Assembly: GCA_965197475.1 (NCBI GenBank)
Contig: CBDANF010000002.1
Coordinates: 1,408,001 to 1,472,000, forward strand
Length of the DNA: 64,000 nt
Direction: 5' to 3'
Origin: Candidatus Poribacteria bacterium
GTDB taxonomy: Bacteria; Poribacteria; WGA-4E; WGA-3G
Part shown: one piece after another, positions 23,767 to 36,320 of the stretch
Numbering within the stretch: the first letter of the stretch is position 1
Layout: the number at the start of each line of letters is the position of its first letter
The notes under the pieces: model-generated
Told to the model about the DNA's origin: nothing
Database searches by the model: none
Seen by the model: the letters and a program-made list of their open reading frames with translations, nothing else
Translations under genes and position numbers: made by a program

Positions 23767-24477
23767 TTATTGCGTTGCTTTTTGCCTGCTTGTATCACTT
23801 GTATAATTCTGCTCTAAAGCACCGCTAGAATCTATGGTTGTAATTCGTTTCCCTTTATGTTTGGATTTTGGACTATACGCTTCTGTTAATGTGTTAAATT
23901 GAATTAGTTGACTGTTCTTTGCATAAAACAAGATTATGTCATGCATCCTTTGAAAATGTTTTGTAGCACCTGTCCATCGCTGATATGACCACACAATCTC
24001 ATTTCTGAAAAACTCATTTTTCCCTCGATTATCTTGATCCCAGATTGCGTCCATGATACCTTTGAGATAGTGGCTTGCTGTCGGATCACAATGCAAATAA
24101 ATACTACCTTTTTCAGTAAGTATACGGTGCATTTCGGCAAGGCGAGGCCCCATAAATGCAAGGTATGCACGCATCGCGCCTTTGTTGCCGGTGACTGCGT
24201 TCTGTAGGACTAAGTCGTATCCTTTTAAGCAGGTATCCAATGCTTTGTATGTGTCGCTTGTAATTGCGCGTGATTCAATGTCTGCGCGAGCGTCTTGTGC
24301 GGCGGTGTCCCAGGTCCATGTATCGGTAAACGCTTTCTTTTGTGCAAGGGAGTCACCGATGAAGGCGTTGTAGTCGCGTCCGGAGTTAAAGGGCGGGTCG
24401 GTGCATATTAAGTTGACGCGTTCGTCATCCATTTCTCGTAGGATTTGTAGGTTGTCGCCGAAGTAGAGTTTGTTCAT
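23767..24477 (-). pseudogene. N6/N4 DNA methyltransferase, 3'-truncated by the IS1595 element
   Basis: LYFGDNL, TDPPF, GSIYLHCD and FRNEIVW motifs. The SAM-binding FxGxG motif is missing and the stop lies inside the inverted repeat. Confidence 0.85.
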
Positions 24478-26207
24478 TGTGATTCTCCGCTGTGTGATTT
24501 GAGTTCTTCAAGTTGTTCCGTAATTTCCGCTATAAGATCCGAATTCTTAGTCTGTTCTGCAAGTTTCAGCGCGGTTTGGTAATCCTGTTCAGCCTCACTA
24601 AAGAGACCTAATGCAGCCCTTGCCTTACCTCGATTGTGATATGGAACTGGATAATTGGCATCCAGGCGGATTGCCTCGTCATAATCGGCGATCGCCTCAA
24701 CATATCTTTCTGAGTGAGACTTCACATTTCCACGATTGTTATAGATGCGAGAATGAGGTTCCAGGCGGATTGCCTCGTCAAAATCAGCAATCGCCTCAAC
24801 ATATTGCTTTAGTGCCGACTTCGCATTACCACGATTACTGTAGACTCCAGCATTATCAGGTTCCAGGTGGATTGCTTCGTCATAATCGGCAATCGCCTCA
24901 ACATATTGCTCCAAGCGAACTTTTGCATTGCCACGATTGTTATAAACAAGTGAATCATCGGGATTCAATCGGATTGCTTCATCAAAGTCAGAAATCGCCT
25001 CAACATATTGCTTTAGTGCCAACTTCGCATTACCACGATTGTTATAGGTGCGATAATGAGGATCCAGGCGGATTGCTTCGTTAAAGTCAGCAATTGCCTC
25101 AGCATATTGTCCTATGGCAAACTTTGTGTTACCGCGTTTAAAATGGACTTTCACGTTATCCGGATCCAGACGAATCGATGTGCTATAATCCTCAATGGCC
25201 ATGTCAAACTTATTTGTATTGTGATAAAGCTCACCACGAGCGTAATAGGCAATATCAAAATCTGGATTCAGTTCTATAGCCTGACTATAATCTTTAATGG
25301 CCTGGTCAGTCTTGCCATCAAACTCATAAACAGAGGCGCGACCCACGTAAAAAAAAGCAAGCACGTGATTATTTGGTTTTAAAGATATACCTTTGGAGTA
25401 ATAGTCAATTGCCTCATCTATTTTGCGTTCCCGAGACGCGTCAAGACCGCGTTGAAAATAATATCGAGGATCTGGTTCAATATATGTTTTATTCTGGGCA
25501 CGTTGACTCGCGAAACCATCAAAATCAGGGAATAAAATCCCTTCAGTAATACCTACTGATTTTTCCAAAGAATTGCGAATATCTTGCTTACTGTTTTTAA
25601 AGACTATACATTCTGCTCCTACTTGAATTTTTGCACCGCCAAATAGGAAAATAGATTGCTGCGCGAGCATTCGGTTATCCTGGTAATTGGGCTGCCACTG
25701 ATACAGTTGATACCCACTGTTTTCATCCGGTTTGAAAAAATAAGCAATCTTTTTCTCTTGTGACAATTCAGAGGTAACCGGTTGAAATGTGAGTTGAGAA
25801 CTGATATCCACAGCATAGACTTTACCATGTGCGGCCCCACTGGAACCTTCTCGACAGGCCATCCAGAGCGCGACCAATGGGTTTTTTGTAAAGTCTATCA
25901 AACAGGTAGCTGCTCCGCGGTGCTGAAGTTCTGCAAGTAAATCCAAATCCTTCCTGTCCCCACCGTGTCCTTGGCGCCGTGCATCTTCAAGCATCTCCTC
26001 ATTGATTTTGAGAAGTTTTTCAGTGGTGCCATACTCTTACTTCCTGAAGTTACCATCTTTGTCCTTGAGACGACGGTAAGTGGACGCTTCTATTGGATAT
26101 TTCACATTTGAAACACCCCGGAATACATATTCCCCATCATTGAATCGTTCTGCCCATTCTATAAAACTTTTCAACGTTCTAACACGTTTTGATTCTTTTT
26201 TCGCCAT
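24474..26207 (-). pseudogene. FRG-domain plus TPR protein with an in-frame TAA at 26037-26039
   Basis: MAKKES...YVFRGVSN...FRK*EYG... is in frame with LAELQHRGAATCLIDFTKNPLVALWMAC, RMLAQQSIF and about 9 TPRs. Confidence 0.85.
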
Positions 26208-26406
26208 TCAATCTAAACCCTCCATAAAAAATTTTACGTTATGTTTACCATATAATGTATACCATATTTTAACGGAAAAATCAAATTTATTTTCTGTTTA
26301 TCAGACAGTTAATGACACATCAATGCGATATTTCTCGTTATAAACCTTGAGTTCGCAACGAAATTTAGTCAGAAACGAAATTTCTGTTAAAATTCTCTTT
26401 TATTGA

Positions 26407-26672
26407 CTATAGTTTGGACAATTTACACGCTGTTCAAGTGGATTTGCTGAGAGACTGTTGGGTGTATAAAGTCAAAATGCTGGACACCTGTCGCCCCGCT
26501 GGGGCTTTGTCCGTGTGTATGTCGGCTGCTATACACATTTCGCCCCGCTAGGGCTGCCTTTGCTGAACCTATAATAGGTTTCTGTGAGTTACAACTTCGC
26601 ACAAAACTCGTAGAAAGATAGAAAACACTTGAGAACACAACATGAAACAGACAGAAATTGTCCAAACTTTAG
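26407..26672. mobile_element. MITE with an internal REP-like doublet
   Basis: Terminal inverted repeats CTA(T/A)AGTTTGGACAATTT; internal cgccccgct(g/a)gggct occurs twice. Confidence 0.7.
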
Positions 26673-27002
26673 TGTTTCTGTAGTAAAATGGCTAATATTA
26701 TCCTCAATTTGTGGTAGAAGGAGGAAACGTATTGACTACGTGATATTTCTCGTTATTAATCTTAAGTTAAGAATGAAATTATGTTAAAATGCTCTTTTAT
26801 TGAAAAATTAGGCAAAAAAGTTTTGCATTTAATTAAGTTTTATGTTAAACTATATTTCACGTTTTCATTGGATGGACGCGAACAGGACTTCCTCTTACAC
26901 GAAAGAGACCTCGTTGAAGTGCCAAGTGAAAACGTCAAGTGAATTTTTGTATCAGATTTTCTAACTATGCTTTTTTAATTTTTATAATGAAAGGAATTAC
27001 AC

Positions 27003-27371
27003 ATGAGTGAAGAAGTTATTTCACGGATAAAGAAGCGTCGCCGTGAACTTAAAATGACGCAAACCGAATTGGCAAAAGAAGCGAATTTGACACCTGCAGC
27101 TATTTCTCAATTTGAGTCGGGGACTCGAAAACCCTCATTTAATACGCTTTCCAGTTTGTCTGATGCCTTGAAGGTGACAACAGATTACCTGCTCGGCAAA
27201 AAGGATCGAGGCTACGATGATCTATTAGCCGATCCAGCGGTTAATATAATGCTTAGGGGAATGATGGAACTTGCGGAGAAAGATAAAGAAACGCTCTATG
27301 AGTTCTATAAATTTCTCAAGACACAATCGGAAACAGAAACATCAAGTGAAGGCTCTACTGATGCTGAGTGA
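27003..27371 (+). CDS. XRE-family HTH transcriptional regulator
   Basis: MTQTELAKEANLTPAAISQFESGTRKPS...VTTDYLLG. Confidence 0.92.
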   Translation: MSEEVISRIKKRRRELKMTQTELAKEANLTPAAISQFESGTRKPSFNTLSSLSDALKVTTDYLLGKKDRGYDDLLADPAVNIMLRGMMELAEKDKETLYEFYKFLKTQSETETSSEGSTDAE

Positions 27372-28230
27372 CCTTGTGCAATATGCGAAGGACAGTCCCG
27401 TAGCGAAAGCGTGGGGCATCCTTCGCGACCTCAAAATCCAAGATTTTCCGATAGACCCAAGACGTATCGCAACAGAACTCGGTATTGTGATCTGGGAACG
27501 TGATCTCCCCGTTACTTGTGACGGATGTCTGATGCGGGTTGGGGATGCGTGGGGTATTCTTATCAACGCGCGCATCCGATCGGAGACTCGGCGGAATTTT
27601 ACCATTGCCCATGAAATTGGTCATTACTTGTTGGAGAGCGATGCCGCTGGTTCTTATTTGCTGAGTGAGCAGTTAAATACCGCAATTGCAGAGCAAAGTG
27701 AGAACACTGAACAGGAGCGTCTGAAGAAACAGGCGTATCTCGTAAGTGAGCAACGGGCGAACCAATTTGCTGCGGAACTGCTAATGCCTACTCCCATCTT
27801 TTTGGCGGATTCATCCTCACATTCACAAGTAGGATTGCCAGCAATTTCCGAACTCGCTTTACAGTACGGCACATCTTTGACGAGCACAGCAATTCATTAC
27901 ACAAGGTTGTCCGAACTTGTTTGCGCGATTGTGTTTTCAGAGGAAGGTGTCATTCGGTACTTCGCGTATTCCGATGGGTTTCGCGAGAATAGGGACTGCT
28001 ATCTGATTAATGGGCAACCGCTGCATCCGGAGGCATTAGCATCTCGGTTCACTAATAAACCTCGTGTTGGTGAATTGGTGGATGAAGTGCCGCTAAATTA
28101 CTGGTGCAGACCAAAAGAATACCGAATGAATGGGGGTAATTCGGCAGGTAAAAATTATAAGATTATTGAGCATTCAAGGCGAACTCCGCGCACAAAACAG
28201 GTGGTAACTTTTCTCCGCCTTCCTTGCTGA
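27361..28230 (+). CDS. ImmA/IrrE-family metallopeptidase
   Basis: RRNFTIAHEIGH and EQRANQFAAELLMP motifs; start overlaps the XRE gene end. Confidence 0.9.
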   Translation: MLSDLVQYAKDSPVAKAWGILRDLKIQDFPIDPRRIATELGIVIWERDLPVTCDGCLMRVGDAWGILINARIRSETRRNFTIAHEIGHYLLESDAAGSYLLSEQLNTAIAEQSENTEQERLKKQAYLVSEQRANQFAAELLMPTPIFLADSSSHSQVGLPAISELALQYGTSLTSTAIHYTRLSELVCAIVFSEEGVIRYFAYSDGFRENRDCYLINGQPLHPEALASRFTNKPRVGELVDEVPLNYWCRPKEYRMNGGNSAGKNYKIIEHSRRTPRTKQVVTFLRLPC

Positions 28231-28252
28231 TTATCTGAAATTGTGTTATGGG

Positions 28253-28353
28253 CAGGACTTACGCAGATTGAGCAGAAAAAGTCGTTAATTCGGTATTTTA
28301 ACCCCTAAATCTCCCTTATCAAGGGGACTTTTGAACCTATTGCGTAAGTCCTA
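28253..28353. mobile_element. MITE (AGGACTTACGCA family)
   Basis: Terminal inverted repeats AGGACTTACGCA/TGCGTAAGTCCT and 5-bp target duplication ATGGG. Related copies at 45765-45884 and 47498-47617. Confidence 0.8.
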
Positions 28354-28396
28354 ATGGGTTAAGATATATCTTTTAGAATCAAAATTTAACTTTAAT

Positions 28397-28756
28397 TCAA
28401 GACTTACCTGATACGGATTCATTGCGTACAATTTCCGCAATTTGCAAAGTTACATTAGGCAATTCTGTAATAACAATATTCCACACAATTTCAATATCTA
28501 CGCCAAAATAATGATGAATAAGCCTGTCTCTGATGCCAGCTATACTTTTCCAAGGTACATTTGGATATCGGTCACGAAATTCCATAGCGAAATTTTTAAC
28601 TGCTTCGCCAATAACTTCAAGATTACGGATTACAGCATCTTGGGTTTTCGTATCCGTCAGAAATATTTCATACGTCATCCCATCTGTATAGACTTTGATC
28701 CGTCGTGCGGCCTCTTGAATATCGCTCAGAAATTCTGTATTTGTTCTATTAGACAT
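28397..28756 (-). CDS. HepT-like (DUF86/HEPN) RNase toxin
   Basis: DAVIRNLEVIGEA and RDRLIHHY (RX4HXY) motifs. Confidence 0.9.
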   Translation of the reverse strand: MSNRTNTEFLSDIQEAARRIKVYTDGMTYEIFLTDTKTQDAVIRNLEVIGEAVKNFAMEFRDRYPNVPWKSIAGIRDRLIHHYFGVDIEIVWNIVITELPNVTLQIAEIVRNESVSGKS

Positions 28757-29056
28757 AGATGATACTCTCTCTAATTGACTGAGCAATATGTGGGTGTCGA
28801 ATACTTTGGAGCGCACTTTCAGTGAGAAGATCCACCGGTTTCCCAAGAATTTCTTCAAGATAGTCAGCAAGCTCCATGAACTTGAAACCTATAGGGCGGT
28901 CAAACTCAACGACGATATCAACGTCACTTGTTGGTTTGATAGATGTTCCTTTTGCATAAGACCCAAACAAACCTATCCTCTTAACACCGTATTCTGAGGC
29001 AAGATATTCCGAATTTTCCAACAAGATATCGGTAATTTTTTCTTTTGTCAATACCA

Positions 29057-29057
<1 letters not shown>
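28749..29057 (-). CDS. MntA-like nucleotidyltransferase antitoxin
   Basis: GLFGSYAKG...SDVDIVV motif. Confidence 0.9.
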
Positions 29058-31129
<2,072 letters not shown>

Positions 31130-31378
31130 TTAGAGTTTAGACCTGCCAACAGGTACTAACTCTAATGCTTCAGTGAGAGTTATTTTGGACATTGGATTCC
31201 ATCCTTTTCCATGCGGATAGGTTTATCCACAAAAACGTCTTTATGGATTCCTTGGTTACAGATATGGATAAAGTTTGGGAGGAGGGCATCACAACAAAAA
31301 GACTTTTGGAGAACATAAAAGAAAAAACGCCCCTTTAGTTAGCGTTGTTCTCTTATATGTATAAGAAAACATTACATA

Positions 31379-32287
31379 TTACAAAAGACTTAGCGTCCGT
31401 TGAATTTGCCCTTCAAGATAAAGATTTCCAGTTTCTTGTGCGAGATCTAACGCTTTTTGAATATCTACTTTTACCATCTTTAAATCATTACCTAACGATA
31501 TATTTGTTAGTCCACGAGCATAGTAGGATTCAGTATATTTAGGATTTATGGTAATTGCTGTATTAAAATCATGGATGGCTTCTTGATGTTTTCCCATTTT
31601 ACGCATCAGGAGACCATGCTCGTAATGATACTTAGCGTTGTTTGGATCTAATTCTATTGCTTTGTCAATGTCAGAGATACACGCTTCTGGATGTCCTAAA
31701 CTGTTCTTTGCGAGTCCTCTATCATAATATACATCAGCAAAATTAGGAAGCAAACTAATAACTTTGTCATAGTCGTAAATCGCTTCAAAATATTGTCCTA
31801 AATCCTTTTTCACATTACCTCTGTTATAATACGCCATGGCATATCTTCTTTCTAATGTAATGGCTGTGTCGAAATCTTTGATAGCTTCCTCATGTTGTCC
31901 TTTTTTCCGTTTGGCAATCCCTCGGTTGAAGTAAGCCGTTGCTCTATTTGGATCTAATTCTATTGATCGGTCAAAATCCAATATCGCTTCTTCAGGACGA
32001 TCCAGTTGTCCTTTAGCCACTCCGCGATAATAGTAAGCTTCTGCGTTAGTATCATCTAAATCTAATGCATCGTTAAAATCCGTAATTGCATCAAAGTGTT
32101 GCTCAAGATTTCCTTTTGCCCTACCTCTTAATATGTAACCCTCGATTAAATTTGGGTCTATTTTGAGAACCTCATTGCAATCCGAAATAACTTCTTCAAA
32201 TCTATTATCAAGATACCTTGTCTGTGCCCTATGGAGCAAGGCATCTACAGATGCTGTTTCTTCAATTTCGTTTATTGTATTTTGCAT
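31379..32287 (-). CDS. TPR protein
   Basis: About 7-8 AYxNRG..K..LG TPR repeats. Confidence 0.9.
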   Translation of the reverse strand: MQNTINEIEETASVDALLHRAQTRYLDNRFEEVISDCNEVLKIDPNLIEGYILRGRAKGNLEQHFDAITDFNDALDLDDTNAEAYYYRGVAKGQLDRPEEAILDFDRSIELDPNRATAYFNRGIAKRKKGQHEEAIKDFDTAITLERRYAMAYYNRGNVKKDLGQYFEAIYDYDKVISLLPNFADVYYDRGLAKNSLGHPEACISDIDKAIELDPNNAKYHYEHGLLMRKMGKHQEAIHDFNTAITINPKYTESYYARGLTNISLGNDLKMVKVDIQKALDLAQETGNLYLEGQIQRTLSLL

Positions 32288-32742
32288 TAGGAGGTTACTC
32301 CTTCGGGTTTGTATTCGTCTTCGTATTTACTCTGCTCTTCTTGATCTTTTTGGTCTAATTCTTCAAGAGGTGGTGCAGATTGTGGAATATACTGACTCAT
32401 TTGTTTCTTAACAGAACGATTTTGGAGGATTAGACCACCAACTATAGTCACGAAAAGCCCAATCATTCCTGCTAGAATGTTGCTTGTTCGTTCATCAATT
32501 CTTGCTATTTGTACCTTTAGATCTCCTATATCTTTTATTAGAGGTTCTTGAGTCTTAGTTAGTGTGTCTATACTTCCGCTAAGCTTATCCACCGTTTTGA
32601 CAAGTTCCGACAAGTTCACTGTTTCAGTATACTCTATAACTGCAGAACCTTGTTTAGGCTGTTGGCTGATCGCAGGTAGGGTCACGCAAAAGACAATTAG
32701 AACTACGAAAAGTCCGTAGAGAGTTCTACACTCTTTACGCAT
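32287..32742 (-). CDS. Hypothetical protein with signal peptide, coiled coil and C-terminal TM helix
   Basis: MRKECRTLYGLFVVLIVFC..., IGDLKVQIARIDER, ILAGMIGLFVTIVGGLIL. Confidence 0.65.
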   Translation of the reverse strand: MRKECRTLYGLFVVLIVFCVTLPAISQQPKQGSAVIEYTETVNLSELVKTVDKLSGSIDTLTKTQEPLIKDIGDLKVQIARIDERTSNILAGMIGLFVTIVGGLILQNRSVKKQMSQYIPQSAPPLEELDQKDQEEQSKYEDEYKPEGVTS

Positions 32743-33021
32743 TATAATACTCCTAAATGTTATCTGATGAAAGAAAAACGATACCGGTTTTACGCTTCTT
32801 GCTAAATTATTGTAGCACATTTACAAGATATAAAAAAATGATTTGCGAAAATATATTCTAATATTGATTGGGAAAAGGTGTCCAATTGATTAACTGAATG
32901 TTAACTCATATTATAGACATTTTATGACGCTTTGCACGAAGAATGTGAAATTGCTTAACGGTTAGTATGATTTTACAGTCCTTAAACGACACAAACTGGG
33001 TCGTAAATCAACCTATTTCCC

Positions 33022-34446
33022 TCACAATGTGTGAACGGATAAGTCGTTTGCCAGCGTTAATCGTCTCTGGCGTGTAAATGTTCGGGGGCGGGTGAATCCT
33101 TCACCGGTGGGTCCGGCGATAGTCATTGCTAAAAAGCCTTCGCCTTCCAATCCACAACATGCATAAGAGGGGGCATTAACAACAACAACACTACAATTCA
33201 TCGCCTTGTGATATTGTGTGATGCGCGCAGTGTTGTTAGTATGTATCATCGCTGTGTGTCCTCGTCCGCCATCTGCTGCGAGCGTACCTTTGAGTGCTTC
33301 GTCAAAATCACGCACCCGGACAACAGGCAAAATCGGCATAAGGTATTCGTTGATAACAAACCCATGGTCAGCTGGAACTTCCACCACAATAGCGACTGTT
33401 TGAGCGGGTGCTGAAATACCTGCTGCTTCTAATATGGTCCTTGCGTCTTTACCGATATATTCCTTGTTTGATTCTCCGTTTTCCGTAACAACTGCCTCAA
33501 GTGCCTCGCGTTGACTCGCCCCGAGTAGGTGTCCGCCGTTCCGCGTTAATTCACGGATCGTTTCGTTAGCGACAGATTCAACAACAAAAAGTGCCTTTTC
33601 GCCAATACAAAGCAAGTTATTGTCAAAACTCGTTCCTGCAATAACATGTCTTGCTGCTTTTGGAATATCCGCTGTTTCATCAATAATTGCTGGAGGATTG
33701 CCTGGTCCTGCGGCAATTGCTTTTTTGCCACTTGTTAATGCTGCCCGGACAACACTCTTGCCGCCAGTCGCAACGACCATTGCAATGTCGGGATGGTCCA
33801 TAATTTGTTTTGCTGTACGCAGTGTAGCGTTTGCAACGGAGGTGAGTAAATTAGCAGGTCCGCCCGCCTTAACAATTCCTTCATTGATGACATGCATTGT
33901 CTCTTCAGTGCATTCACTTGCGTTCGGATGCGGACTAAACACAACAGCGTTACCCGCGGCAATCATGATAATCGCATGGTTAATAACTGTCGAAGTCGGA
34001 TTAGTGGTGGGAGTAATTGAATTAATAATACCAAATGGAACATACTCAATCAATAGGGTGCCATTATCTCCGGACATCGACTCCGACAAAAGGTCTTCCA
34101 TACCGGGCGACAAGTTTACAGCACCTTCATTTTTCATCACTTTGTGTTCTACGGTGCCCATTTTTGTATCTTGAACAGCCAGTTCCGCGAGTCGTTTTGC
34201 GTTTTCAAGCGAGACCTGTTTTATAGCTTCAATAATTTCACGTCTTTTGGCAAACCCAAGCTTGACGAGTGCTTCTTGTGCTGTTTTTGCTGCACCGATA
34301 GCCTCCTCAACAGTTCCGAAAACGCCTGACCGAGAAGAGGTCGTCACAGGTGTCGTAGAAGGCACGGTGACTGTTCCGTCTCGTTGCAGTGTTGTTAGGA
34401 CTTGTGAAACAATCTGTTCAATCTGTTTCTCATCAATCTGTGCCAT
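33022..34446 (-). CDS. EutE/PduP-type acylating aldehyde dehydrogenase with an N-terminal encapsulation peptide
   Basis: TPTTNP, SPHP, ATGG, AGPGNPP, FDNNLLCIGEK and TIAGPTGEG motifs; amphipathic helix IEQIVSQVLTTL plus linker. Confidence 0.92.
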   Translation of the reverse strand: MAQIDEKQIEQIVSQVLTTLQRDGTVTVPSTTPVTTSSRSGVFGTVEEAIGAAKTAQEALVKLGFAKRREIIEAIKQVSLENAKRLAELAVQDTKMGTVEHKVMKNEGAVNLSPGMEDLLSESMSGDNGTLLIEYVPFGIINSITPTTNPTSTVINHAIIMIAAGNAVVFSPHPNASECTEETMHVINEGIVKAGGPANLLTSVANATLRTAKQIMDHPDIAMVVATGGKSVVRAALTSGKKAIAAGPGNPPAIIDETADIPKAARHVIAGTSFDNNLLCIGEKALFVVESVANETIRELTRNGGHLLGASQREALEAVVTENGESNKEYIGKDARTILEAAGISAPAQTVAIVVEVPADHGFVINEYLMPILPVVRVRDFDEALKGTLAADGGRGHTAMIHTNNTARITQYHKAMNCSVVVVNAPSYACCGLEGEGFLAMTIAGPTGEGFTRPRTFTRQRRLTLANDLSVHTL

Positions 34447-34646
34447 TCAACCCTCCAATACCTCAAGTAGGCACGCACTTAAACTAAAGTAAATCAGTAG
34501 GTGTAGCATAAACACCGATTCGCGCTCAGAAATCAGCGCATCGCCACGGATTGCATGTTGATTCGAGGATCGTAAATATACGTTGTTTCCACGTTCCCCG
34601 TAGGCGCGATCTTTATGTCGCGCCGTGTCCAACACAAACAATGGAT

Positions 34647-34943
34647 TTACGCATCTGAATCGGCAGCGGTTTTCCCTGCCAGAATCGTTTCAACATCCGA
34701 ATGTGGACGAGGAATGACGTGTACTGATACCAATTCACCAACCGCTTTGGCAGCTTCAGCACCAGCATCTGTGGCAGCTTGCACTGCACCAACATCCCCA
34801 CGGACCATGACGGTTACAAAGCCACCGCCTACCTGTTCTTTTCCAACCAATTTCACGTTTGCGGCTTTGACCATCGTGTCGGCAGCTTCAATAGCACCGA
34901 TCAACCCACGTGTTTCAACCATTCCTAATGCTTCATTGCTCAT
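34647..34943 (-). CDS. BMC hexameric shell protein (EutM/PduA-like)
   Basis: [24 protein letters not shown]...RGDVGAV...HVIPRPH. Confidence 0.95.
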   Translation of the reverse strand: MSNEALGMVETRGLIGAIEAADTMVKAANVKLVGKEQVGGGFVTVMVRGDVGAVQAATDAGAEAAKAVGELVSVHVIPRPHSDVETILAGKTAADSDA

Positions 34944-35168
34944 ATTATTTGCTCCTTATCTGTCTGAAAAGTAGAATGCAAGGCACTGCTCAATATATTA
35001 CTGATGTTTTGCCTAAAAGACAGATGCAGTACCTTTAATGATAAAATATTCACATTTATATGATACTATAAATGTGTATTTTCTGCAAATCAAATTTTAT
35101 TTTGGGTGCGAATATTTGGGTATGGAATGAAAAGGAGTGTTTATTGTTAAATCGAAATTTGGATTTTT

Positions 35169-36130
35169 CTATAACATTTGGCGAGTGATCGGGTATTTTC
35201 TGAGATCCACCCTTGCTGCGTCAAAGAAATCAAGCACCTCTTTGAGCATAGAGACAAAATAGGAGGATTTATCCGTATTGCCTCTGCCTTGTTTGCTGAC
35301 AAGACGCATATTGAGCGGAATGATCACCTTGCGAATCTTGCCTAATATATTTTGTCCTTTCACCGGTTGGTTCGCTTTTGTGGACCACCAGTAGTAGCAA
35401 TAGGACACTTTCTCCGTATCTCGCTCTATGTGTGTATCATCCACACTTAGCGTGATACACCTTCGGGATCGTGTTGAAGCACTTTTTGACTCGGCATCCC
35501 GGATTTCCTATAGCGCAACAGAACATCCGATACGTACAAATAAGTGCTGCCACTGATAAAGACGGACTTCATTCAGGTGCCGATATAGGCTCGCTTTCGA
35601 TATAAACAACGCATCCGACACTTGATTTGGGTTATAGAGACCAAAAATGACACAATGAAAGCAACATTATGGTTTGACCACTCGTTCTTTCAAGATGCGA
35701 AAACGAGAAGAAAGAAGTTGTTGAAAAAAGACTGTTGATTTGATAAGCTGAGTTTGCATGAGATATTCTCCTAATATAACCCAAGTTGCTACCTTTTGAA
35801 AATCAATCAATTCTCTTATCGTTGGGGTGTTTAATCTTCCGCTCCAGCGGAGCGATATGTTTATAGAAAAAGTTAGTCCTTTCTTCCGCTCCAGCGGAGC
35901 GGTATGTCCAGTAACTGTGAGTAGCACTTATCTGAAAATTCTGTGTAGATGACGTTTTCATGTTAGTAGGTGGCAACTTGGGTTAATATACTATAGTGTT
36001 TTGATAATTAGGATGATATCTCATGCGATAAAACTCAAGTTAAATTTAAAAGTCAAAACGCATTTTCATATTGTAATATCCTGTTTGTAGTGATTATCAT
36101 TAGGGGCCAAACAATTGTGAGAAATATCAA
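35169..36130 (-). mobile_element. Degenerate copy of the 14005-15360 IS
   Basis: MQTQLIKSTVFFQQLLSS and KGQNILG...MRLVSKQGRGNTDK in broken frames; upstream DNA is homologous to 14005-14168. Confidence 0.8.
35779..35983. mobile_element. MITE inserted in the leader of the degenerate IS
   Basis: Terminal inverted repeats ACCCAAGTTGC(T/C)ACCT, flanking direct repeat TAATATA, and internal ccgctccagcggagcg twice. Confidence 0.75.
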
Positions 36131-36320
36131 GTATATAATTTATTAGGTAAGGATACCATTTTTATAAATACTTCACAAGACCCCACTCAATTCATTTTTA
36201 TGCCAAAAACTTTACACACCCGTTCGTGCAAAAACGCTTTGAATTCCTGCTGAATTTTGGTATAATGTAGGCATTAACTGGTATGGAAAATCCAATTTGG
36301 CGTGCTGAGAGAACACTATC

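Larger units (their letters stand above)
21521..23775 (-). mobile_element. IS1595-family element with passenger genes (transposase 22673-23554)
   Basis: About 28-bp terminal inverted repeats ACGCAAT(G/A)AGTAGTTTTGGACTTG(A/C)AAA. IEADETY, LITDEY and HTNTIEGFWSLLKR motifs. No target duplication is visible. Confidence 0.85.

Noticed and set aside
24611-25084. Repetitive plus-strand ORF
   Set aside because: Antisense shadow of the TPR repeats; the same applies to shadows at 1155-1847 and across the array.
26037-26039. Recoding of the in-frame stop in FRG-TPR
   Set aside because: It is TAA, not TGA or TAG, and no downstream hairpin was noticed; nonsense mutation or error is likelier.
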